Assembly: GCF_003918875.1 (NCBI RefSeq)
Contig: NW_025767010.1
Location: forward strand, 806,001-870,000
Source of the DNA: Haliotis rubra
Taxonomy: Eukaryota
Reading direction: 5' to 3'
DNA: 64,000 nt
This document shows, piece by piece, positions 54,710 to 64,000 of the stretch. The first letter of the stretch is position 1; each line of letters opens with the position of its first letter. Both the position numbers and the translations under genes were made by a program. A model generated the notes under the pieces. The model was not told the origin of the DNA, searched no databases, and saw only the letters and a list, made by a program, of their open reading frames with translations.

Positions 54710-55075
54710 GCCTCATTTAGGGCTTTAGCATTGCAGGGAGGGCTAGGCAATAAGGAAAATAATGTGGTTCGGGGACTGTGAGACAGACTACTACAATCTT
54801 TAACGTGGAATCGTGTCCACGTGTATGTTCTATAACTTAAACTTCTAATACATCCACACTGTTGTACTCTACAGCATGATTTTATAGACCCGTTTTGGTG
54901 TGTGGGTAGAGATTGCCTACTCTCGCAGTGAACCCTGCACTTACAGTGTAACTATATAGCCCCTTGTTCTATAGTGAGTTTGTACAGATTGTCTACTAGT
55001 CTGTCTCACAGTCCCTGAACCACATCATTTCCCCTACTACCTAGCCCTCCCTGTAGTGCTAAAGCCCTGAGGCTC
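54710..55075. mobile_element. Near-identical copy of the inner part of element D
   Basis: About 4 differences from 29652-30006 by eye. Confidence 0.88.
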
Positions 55076-56682
55076 ATTTCCAATGGGGATGAACATGAAG
55101 TGAGTGAGGGAGTTGGGTTTAATGCCACTTTGAACAGTATTTCAGTTAGAGCATGGCTGCCAGCATAAACTGGGATTAAAGACTACAGTGATGCAGATCC
55201 TTGAGACATTATAACATTTATACACAGGGTATGGTGTCAATAACCTAAAGGTGATGATGAGACAAATCTTGAGATTTCAACCCTGATAAGATCCCTGAAG
55301 GGATGGAGCTGCAGCACTTTGTTGACTATAGCAATCTGTGTCACTGGTAACATCAAGAGACTTGAGCTCAATTTTTATACCATGATTAGTACATCACACC
55401 CTGACACATTTCTTTACTAAGTCCCATCAGCTAGTTTCCCTACAAAACCAATCTGTAAGAGTTCAGTCACACACTGTACACTGGCTGTAGTTGTAGGTAA
55501 CCTGGGAATGAATTCACGAGTTGATGAAGATGATCCACACAAATCAATGTTGTATCACCACAGTTGTATGACAAGTGCAGTTGAGGTTGTGTCTGCTGGT
55601 CCAAATGACTTTCCAGCACAAACTACTGAGCAAAACACAGTCCCATGTACCTGGAAGGGTTCTGTAGAAACCCACTGTCAACAATTCAGGTATATATTTG
55701 TACGCTATGTCAACAACCTCTTGGCAACCCTGTCCTTCAAAACATTTCTGTTTCCATGGCAACCTGGTGTCCATCTTTGACTGGGAAAAGAGATGGTCAA
55801 CTCCCGAAAGTGATATTTTCTCAGTTTGTATATTGATGTCTGTCAAACAACTTTCTTCTGCTTGACAGGGGCTGATTGTCATACTGAAACATAGAACATT
55901 GTACCAATCGGTTAAAGTCAGTTGAACACTAACAGGCTTCAGTGCAGTATATTGGAGAATAACAGACCAGGTGATTTTGTGCTTTACATAGAACTGTGGA
56001 TACCGGTACTGTCTAAGGAAACATAACTGAAGCACACAGTAAAAAACTATGTGTGATACTGGAATTTAATGATTTCATGATACATTGTAATATCTGTCAA
56101 TCTACCATCGCATTAAGATCAGATTCCTCACTTCAGTTTGATGCCTCTCTGGGTGAACTTTGTCTGAATAAAGAATGCCTGATCTGATGTTGGCTTTCAA
56201 AATCAAGGTGGCTTCATTTCTTTACCTCAAAATGTTTCTACTTGTATAAACAAAACCCATTCAAAATGCAAACTGTCCTTTGCTGGTAATTGCTTTTGAT
56301 TACTGATGGTATGTTGCTTAGCAACAAGTTATAAATTACCCATACTTAAATTATTACATAGTTTTAATTGGTTCCATTAAGAGCTGATACAGAAATCAGA
56401 TTTCCCCATCAGAAAGCTTCACTTGCTCGTTTTGGGCAGCTTCAAAACTGACCAGAAAGTTCACCTGATGTCCTCACATCTAAACACACATAGGTAACAC
56501 GTGAACAAAAAAACTGATTTCAATGTTTTCCATTATGTAACAGGTAAATAAAGGAAGGGAAATCACTAGCAATCTGAAATTGGAGCTGAACTTTACATAC
56601 TGAAGGTTACCATGATTACTGTAACCAGAGTTACGATGGTTTGGACAATCGTTTGTAAAATTGTCACATTAAGCGAACTCAC

Positions 56683-56719
56683 ATTCTGGCTTGCGCTTTT
56701 GACTTTGCTGCTTCAGGGC
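56683..56719 (-). CDS. BRMS1L: BRMS1L exon 8 (ALKQQSQKRKPE); terminal exon unresolved
   Basis: attcag acceptor, gtgagt donor, in phase. Confidence 0.8.
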
Positions 56720-57218
56720 CTGAATAGAAAATGAAAAACAACAAAGTGAGTAAGGTATCAAAACAGACTGGCAAATGAATCTCACACTGTTTAAAACTGT
56801 TACAATGTTGAACAAAACCATGAACACTAAAGACAGCTGCATTGCTGAATAGTGTTACAACCGTCAAGAATAGAAGGCTGAAAGTACTGATGAATAAAGC
56901 TGCAATACTGAATGCATTGTTTGGACAATGCCAAAATGGACTGTTACTATGTTACAATACTGTCACTATGGTTACAATGCTGTCAGAAAACTGAAATTAA
57001 TGCTGAATGATGTTACACAAGGCTACACTTTAACACTAGGCTACCCCACTAACCGAAGGGAGTTAGCATGGTTTTACACCACTTTTAGCAACATCTCATC
57101 AACATCATAGCACACACTGTACCCCTTGAGAATACAAACCAAGGCCTTTGGTGTGATGAGTTAATGCTTCATCACCAGGCATGAAAACAGTAACATCCAG
57201 GATTTACAGCGCGCTCAC

Positions 57219-57283
57219 CTTCTTGATAGCTGTCCAGTCTTCTATGACTTCTAGCTCCTTCAACATGTACACAATATATGGAC
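57219..57283 (-). CDS. BRMS1L: BRMS1L exon 7 (GPYIVYMLKELEVIEDWTAIKK)
   Basis: GPYIVYML...EDWTAIKK motif; donor gtgagc. Confidence 0.95.
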
Positions 57284-57769
57284 GTACACACAGTTAAGGT
57301 AAACATATATACTCTCATTGACCTTGTACAACTTGTATGTATAGTTTGGGAAGGGGCCAAAATATAATCGGATTGAGACCCCAGCTCTGGACTCACTTCA
57401 ATGTAGGTAGTAAAGTAAAAAATACCAATATTATTAAAATCAGATCTTTTTCTAAATTTGTCTTCTCTCTGCTTCAACAAATGAGAAGTGAGTGAGCTAC
57501 TTTCGTTTTACGCCGCTTTAGCAATATTCCAGCAATATGATGGCGGGGGACATCAGAAATGGGCTTCACACATGGTACCCATGTGGGGAATCGAACCCAG
57601 GTCTTCAGTGTGACTATGGAATGCTTGAACCACAGGGCTATCCCACCGCCCCAACATCTGAGGACATCTAAACATAATTTCACATTTCAAGGATGCATGG
57701 GTTGTTAAGCCATATTTGCCATCAAAATCAGTTTTCCCAAACAAATTGCATAAAATGAGTAAAGGATAT
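57284..57769 (-). other. U12-type AT-AC minor-spliceosome intron (486 nt)
   Basis: 5' end ATATCCTTT; branch site TTTACCTTAAC; 3' end AC; splicing restores ISGPYIVYML. Confidence 0.93.
57487..57652 (-). mobile_element. SINE-A inside the U12 intron
   Basis: Full-length homology. Confidence 0.9.
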
Positions 57770-57862
57770 CAGAAATGGTGACAGGCTTTCTCCTTCTGTC
57801 TGGGTTGAAAGGATCTGTAGGTTTCTTCTTCTTTTTCTGACTCTGAGATTCATTCCACAAAT
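57770..57862 (-). CDS. BRMS1L: BRMS1L exon 6 (DLWNESQSQKKKKKPTDPFNPDRRRKPVTIS)
   Basis: Basic NLS-like region; followed by the U12 donor ATATCCTTT. Confidence 0.93.
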
Positions 57863-58178
57863 CTACAAAGGAAACAGAAATACAAATACAGAACTCAAAA
57901 ACAGACAATTGGTTGAACTGATTGGCTGAGACCAAAATAATCATTGCACGACACATATTTACAAGGAGGAAGAAATGGGTTTGTTTTTCACATGTGGGAA
58001 AATTTGAGAAAAACACAACAAGTATGTGTCCTTGCATATGTGTTGTGTGACATAAATGGATACTTTGAGGTAACCATGTATTTGTGAGTACTGCAACTTC
58101 AAAAAGGACTACAACTTACATTACCCCAAAACAAAAGTTGTAACATCAGTGAAGCACATATGTATTTCCTTTCTTGTG

Positions 58179-58428
58179 AACCCAGGAGGATCCAGATTAG
58201 AATTGGTCTTCAGTAACCCGTGTTTATCGTAAGAGACAGCTAGTGGGATCGGGTGGTCAGACTTGCTGACTTGGTTGAAACATGTCATCATATCCCAATT
58301 GCATAAATGATGCTCATGCTCCAGTTGATCACTGGATTGTCTGGTCCAGATTTGATTATTTACAGACCGCCGCGCCATATAGCTGGAATATTGCTGAGTG
58401 CAGCATTAACCAAACAACCAACCCACCA
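58179..58428 (+). mobile_element. SINE-B copy
   Basis: Homology. Confidence 0.85.
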
Positions 58429-58525
58429 ACCTTTCTTGTGAATCAATCTTTATCCTATAGGCTGTGTTGTTGCTGACAAGACAAACTGTATAAATGTAAG
58501 GATCTGTATTTGTGAAGCCACATAC

Positions 58526-58622
58526 CTGAAGAAATGTCGATGTTATTCCTATCTTCTTCTAAACGACGAATTCTTTCTTCCAGCTCTTGCTTCACAGTAT
58601 CATACAAGATAATCTTCTCACT
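58526..58622 (-). CDS. BRMS1L: BRMS1L exon 5 ([32 protein letters not shown])
   Basis: [17 protein letters not shown] motif. Confidence 0.95.
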
Positions 58623-59327
58623 CTGAAATACACAAGAACCATAACTGAATCAACTGGGACAAAACTATAGAATATGGTTCATAGTATAACACTGACTGAC
58701 TGTCTGAGTTTGGTTGTACGCCGCTTTTACGAGCCAACGCTTTAACCACTGGGTATAGTATAACAGGTCTTATGGTATACATATACATGACTACCTGTTT
58801 CCAATTTGAAGGATATTATACATGTCAAAATAACTGAGTGACCGAAGTCGATTTAACTCCACTGTGAACAGTATTCCTGTTATGTCAGTTTAATGTGTGA
58901 GTGAGTCAGGTTTTTTTTATGCCACTTTTAGCAATATGCCAGCAATATCACAATGGGGACACCAGAAATGGGCTTTACACATTGTACCAATGTTGAGAAT
59001 CGAACACTGGTCTTACTATGAGGCTACCCCACCGCTCCCTTTAGTGTGTGGGGAAAGCCAGAAGTAATGCAAGTCTTCACCATTTACCAGTTGGGTAAAA
59101 CCAACAAGCATGAGTATGGTGCTGAAAATTGGTCAAACATAATCTGGGCAAACCAGGATTTAATGAATTTTTGGCAAACCCAAGGGACACAGTTCTACAC
59201 AGTGAATCATGGTGCCTTAGATGACTGGGACACCGATGCCCCAAAATATGTTAAGACTGAAAAGGTACTGAGCACAACTGACCACATTCCGGTTTAATAC
59301 ACAAAGCAGTTTGCACAAAATAGTTAC

Positions 59328-59407
59328 CTCCATGTTCTGATATGACGACAACTCCTCACTTTCAAATCTATTCTTAATACAAGCTATCCGTAATTCTCGA
59401 AGAATCC
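59328..59407 (-). CDS. BRMS1L: BRMS1L exon 4 (ILRELRIACIKNRFESEELSSYQNME)
   Basis: In-phase AG/GT exon. Confidence 0.92.
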
Positions 59408-59831
59408 CTGAAACAATAACAGTCTATATTATTCAACATGTTCTTTACCTATGCAATACTGAAGACAATCAAGTACCTTCACATAAAATACAGATAAGCC
59501 TACATAAGCTATTTGTTTGATGCTTGAGATTAATTATACCCCTTGAATGGGTATTCGCTAAATAATATTCATACATAAGAGACCATTATGATCATTATGA
59601 AGTAGATCTATTATACCATCAATTGAAATAAGTGAATATCAGTATCACTTGTTACTCAGGGAGAAGGCGACCATAAGTGGTGCACTTGTGCCTAATCCCG
59701 TTGTCTTTTGGACAATAAAATATGTTTAAACTAAACTTGTTACTCGTATTGGCTATTTAACATTCATACATAAGAGAGTGATTATGAAGTAGATATAGTC
59801 CACCATCAATAGAAACAAGAGGGAATCTCAC

Positions 59832-59959
59832 CTGCCACCTGAGTACGAATCCTCATGTTGTCCTGCAACTGTGCCAGTGGGTTCAGATATTCTATTGCTT
59901 TTCCAGCCTTCACCTCCTCTAACTTTTCTGATACTTGAGCACTTCTCTCTCTGTACAGT
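59832..59959 (-). CDS. BRMS1L: BRMS1L exon 3 ([43 protein letters not shown])
   Basis: Conserved coiled coil; splice phases consistent. Confidence 0.95.
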
Positions 59960-60156
59960 CTGAAAACATGGATAAAACGCTTATTATCAAGCAACAGGCT
60001 AAATTCTTAGTTAAACTGCCCCAAGATTATTTGTTATTAGATCTCCATAATCCATTAAACCCATTTTTCTCTCAATTATCAGTTGGCTGAGCTTGGATAA
60101 TTCTACCAAATAGTTGATTATCCTACCAAATAGTTGATAAAATAAACACAACTTAC

Positions 60157-60247
60157 TGTTCTTTTAATTCACTGAACTGTCTTTCCAGTTCAGTCATATC
60201 ATCAAGGCATTCATTTCTCCTTCGCTCACTCTCCTCCTCATCAAGAT
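60157..60247 (-). CDS. BRMS1L: BRMS1L exon 2 (DLDEEESERRRNECLDDMTELERQFSELKEQ)
   Basis: ERRRxECLDxMxxLExQFxxLKEQ BRMS1 motif. Confidence 0.95.
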
Positions 60248-60475
60248 CTTCAAAAACGACACAAAACATAACAAATACATTCATATTGTATCTTAGTACA
60301 GAAAATTATTGATATCACCATATTATGTTTTCAGATGTCTTATGTTTGCAGACGACAGTGTTTATTCTGGGTATAACATGGCGTGTCGCATCACACTGAC
60401 TATGTAAAAACTCAGATGAGTTGTTTTCAATTGTTCATGCGATAATTGAGAAAACAAGGGATGTTCTAAAACGTC

Positions 60476-60648
60476 TGACTGACTGACTGACTGAGTTTGG
60501 TTTTACGCCGCTTTTAGCAATATTCCAGCAACATCACGGCGGGGGACACCAGAAATGGGCTTCACGCATTGTGCCCATGTGGGGATTCGAACCCGGGTCT
60601 TCGGCGTGACGAGCCAACGCTTTAACCATTAGGCTACCCCACCGCCCC
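60476..60648 (-). mobile_element. SINE family A (tRNA-derived, about 165 bp), young copy with TSD; more than 20 copies in the window
   Basis: A box TAGCCTA(G/A)TGG; B box GGTTCGAATCC; TSD TAAAACGTCTGA. Other copies at about 7972, 10498, 11055, 13070, 30346, 32870, 33030, 33310, 38345, 44272, 46106, 57058, 58693, 58897 and 61737. Confidence 0.93.
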
Positions 60649-60989
60649 TAAAACGTCTGAAAACTCATAACACGATGATAAGTGTGTTGGTAGTTTGACA
60701 ATCTAGATGTCGTGATATCTTTCATGGGGTTGTTGTATATTTAGAGATGACATCCCATGCAGGGTTTTTCCAAAACGTGCAAGATCATCAAATATGACCA
60801 AACTTGACTTTAAAAAATTGTCTTCACCAGTCCTAAAGCAGGAATATCTTCTCGGGATCAGTACATCGTACATGAGATAAATATTTTCAAATTGTGAATC
60901 ATGACTTCAAAATTTGAAATGTCACTTCGGTAAGAGCTCCGCCCGTACCTCCCACTTGAAATGTATTCTATTTATTAGGATTATTTCGA

Positions 60990-61045
60990 GGGTTTAGGGT
61001 GAGGTTTGGGATTAGAGTTTAGGTTTAGGGTTAGGGTTTAGGGTT
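60990..61045 (+). repeat. Degenerate (TTAGGG/TTTAGGG)n tract
   Basis: GGGTTTAGGGTGAGG...TTTAGGGTTAGGGTTTAGGGTT. Confidence 0.8.
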
Positions 61046-61078
61046 CATGGTATACTTGTGACACTTAGTTTTCCTTAC

Positions 61079-61211
61079 CCGAGGTATCTTCGTCTTCTCC
61101 CTCCGATGTTGCCGACCCCGTTTCATCTTCGGAAGACTTATCGCTGTCCCCCGGATCGTGGTCCATTTCTTCTTCTTCCGTTTCCCCGCGGTCGTTTTCT
61201 ATCAATGGCAT
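61079..61211 (-). CDS. BRMS1L: BRMS1/BRMS1-like (Sin3-HDAC, Sds3 family) exon 1, acidic N-terminus
   Basis: MPLIENDRGETEEEEMDHD...EDEDTS; donor G|gtaagg. Confidence 0.88.
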
Positions 61212-62936
61212 GCCAAAGTCAACAGTTTGGCTGTTCACCTTTCCCAAGAGAATTAGTGATATTTGAAAACGTAAACAAGCACCTGCCGCCGAGATGCATG
61301 CGACGCACAGACGGAACTGGACACTGCGCCTGCGTAGAAGAAATCCCATGGAAAATCCCTTTCAATGCTATTTTTAGATTTGCTGCCCGCGTAAACTATG
61401 GAAGCAAATGTGTGTCTGTATTCGTTGTTAATGAACATACTTTTTCTTGCCCACCAGTAGTCATCGTTTGAGTGTAGCTGCTTGTTTTTAACACCAAATT
61501 TAATATTTTTCTTTACTTCACAGCAAAAAAGAGAATTTATTGATTGTTGTCTAATTTTCATACAGATATGGAAGTTTTTCTGTAACCTGTCTCGACCAAG
61601 GGCAGCATTTAACAAGCGTTCGCTCTCATTTTCGACTTGCTTTGATATTGTTTTACACAATACACATGTATTCTGAACTTGGAATTTCGATTAAACGGAG
61701 ACATATGTTTTTGACTTAACGTTTTCAAACACACTAATACAATGTGTGAAGCCCATTTCTGGTGTCCCCTACCGTGATATTGCTGGAATATTGCTAAAAG
61801 CGGCGTAAAACTAAACCCACTCACTCAAATACACTAAAATGTACGAACGCTTATTGTATCATTGCTGCTATTCCAAAAACAAACGTAGTTTTGAAATTCG
61901 AGACCACCCAAAACTCTATATTTTTAATTAACTTACTGAGCTGAATTTTAATAAAAAAGACTTTGATCAAGTTAATAAACTTCAGTCGAATTTCTAGGTC
62001 ATCCTTGAAGGTATATCTCGTATCACACGTACCCGGATGTCGCCTGGGTGTACAAACTGAATTAAGACCCACGCGTTCCGTTATCTGAATCTGCAAAACA
62101 AACTATCACTGTCGGTCCCGCGGCCTGTGTGTACCTCATGTTTTCCAAGTGAACGCAAAGTATCGACCCGTCTTCTCAGTGAACGACGGATAAGCGAGAC
62201 TATATCTCGCGTCTCCCACCCGATACGGAGGACTACAGACCGGTAGATCGACAAACCACAGCCTGAAAATATACATATTTTCCTTATAATATGTATTGAT
62301 TATGGCATGTTTCTACCAGTAACAGATTGCGCGTAATTGTTTTGTGAACGAATTTGAAATTTATTGGTGAATTATCCCGCAGGATTAAAATTAAAACTTA
62401 TAATATCCTGGTGTCTTTTACCACGGGTATGATAAGTATACGTACACCAGCAGTAGGTATTATTACAGGTCTACAGTTCTCTGTAAATAGAGCCTCTTTT
62501 GAATCATATCTCATTAATCTTGAAGCCCAGTGTTAAAACACAGCTCGACAGGTATAGACCCGCTGTATGTCTGCTAGCGCGTAGCATTGTTGTGATCAGC
62601 TCAGAAGGAGTCCGACACGTATCGCCGCTGTCACTTAAAAAGGGTGGCAGACCAATTGACACGAGTCAGATATGAAATATTAATAATGACATGATGCGAA
62701 ATTCCAGCATCAATAATACAGCATTGCTTGATGGTGTTGTGAGTGAGGAGCTGGGATCGATCGCTGATGCTGTGTGTACGGTGTGCTACGTAGACCCAGT
62801 GGCCATTCCCATGGACAAGCTGTCACCACCCGGTCAATGGGAATGTTAAAAGACACACGGCAGGAATGACGTAGCGGGCGACGTCACCAGTAGCGGTATG
62901 AACGACAGGAACCCCCGCCACGTTGAAGACAGAAGC

Positions 62937-62970
62937 TATAAATAGGGAGGGGAATATATCCCTGTCATTT
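62937..62970 (+). promoter_or_regulatory. TATA box plus initiator core promoter
   Basis: TATAAATA at 62937; Inr TCATTT with its A at 62967, exactly 30 nt downstream; CRE-like sites at 62868-62887. Confidence 0.7.
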
Positions 62971-63100
62971 TCAACACCATTCCATTCGGCGGGTCTTGTT
63001 TGAAGTTGCAGTATTAGAACTGACTACAAATTTAAATTCAAGGATCACTGTGTTCCCGAGATAACGTTCTACACAACCTCTGTTGTTAATACTACCGGAG

Positions 63101-63177
63101 ATGGGGAGTTTAAGGATTACACCTGTGCACGTGGCTACCTGGGTCTTCATAGTCACTGTTGTGAGCGGAATTGAGAG
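63101..63177 (+). CDS. First coding exon of an unidentified secreted or membrane protein (MGSLRITPVHVATWVFIVTVVSGIE)
   Basis: GAGATGG Kozak context; signal-peptide-like n/h/c pattern ending V-S-G; donor AG|gtgagt; gene continues beyond the window. Confidence 0.65.
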
Positions 63178-63948
63178 GTGAGTACAGCGTCCTTCTACAA
63201 TACTTTATGGTTAAAGCAAATATATATTATATCCATTTATAATTGCGTTAAATTTAAGCATAGTCTATATCCAATCCCAATATACTGAAAATCAACACAA
63301 GCTGTATAATCAAAGTCTCTTCTATGCATAACATAAACAAATATTTTAATACATAATACTGTTTATAAGATATAAACACGATGACAGGGGACATGCCTGC
63401 AGACAACGAAGCTATTACCTTCAGAGACAAAATCAATAAAACATTCCTTGTAGTTTACAAACCATAAAGGGAATTGATTTTTCAGATTGGAACAATGCCT
63501 TTTAGTTTAGAGAGACAATGTGCAATGTACGCGCATGCGATAGTTTGGAATAAGCGGAATTAACCAAGTATTTTTGCTCTATGGTGTGTAAGTGTAAGCG
63601 AGAGAGGTTCAAGTGAAGTAACAGTTGAGTATATAATACAGTATACAATGTACACGTGCACTCTTGTATATAGAGTAGTTACGGATCTTAATGTCAAATG
63701 TGTAAAATAAGCTCGAGTTAATTGGCACAACAATTACTCCACGCTGTTTTGTTACATATAACATAGTTCCAGCCGGTGGTATTACGCTTTAAAGGGGGGA
63801 GTGGCCCGCCCAGATTAGCATTACCAGCGCTTTTGAGGCCGGCAGTTAAAGCCCATAATGTTTGTCCGCTATCTTACATTGTATTATAAATATCAGACTA
63901 TCAGTTTACGATTGTCCTAATTTCTCATAGGACAGGAAGCATACATAG

Positions 63949-63980
63949 CACACGCACACACGCACACACGCACGCACGCA
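63949..63980 (+). repeat. (CA)n/(CACG)n microsatellite
   Basis: Direct reading. Confidence 0.85.
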
Positions 63981-64000
63981 CCACTAGTAATGACCGGCTT

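Noticed and set aside
55544-56035. 163-aa ORF downstream of BRMS1L
   Set aside because: No recognisable domain and a non-ATG start; probably intron or UTR
60560-60648. tRNA genes
   Set aside because: A/B boxes are present but always fused to SINE bodies, tails and TSDs; no complete cloverleaf

Overview
This is AT-rich metazoan genomic DNA with spliceosomal genes and three N-gaps. It is most likely a gastropod mollusc: the SINE families look abalone/Haliotis-like, which is an inference. I reconstructed five protein genes exon by exon. MAP1LC3C/ATG8 (minus, 127 aa) has an 11.8-kb first intron. An ADF/cofilin gene (minus, 144 aa) has an ATG-only first coding exon and an upstream CArG box. NAA30 (minus) carries a 1-nt frameshift in its last exon as assembled. 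COA6 (plus, 80 aa) is head-to-head with NAA30 and is missed by the ORF track. BRMS1/BRMS1L (minus) contains an AT-AC U12-type intron. At the right end is the TATA/Inr-driven first exon of a probable secreted protein. The rest is dense in non-autonomous mobile elements: three SINE-like families sharing a covarying 3' stem-loop, many MITEs (hAT, hAT5-like, Tc1/mariner, Kolobok, Harbinger-like), nested insertions, a Tc1 transposase relic and minisatellites. The best candidate for something new is the tRNA-less SINE family B, whose 5' end can fold into a covarying pseudoknot (possible ribozyme or structured LINE-derived head). Nearly all other ORFs in the supplied track are spurious frames through repeats.
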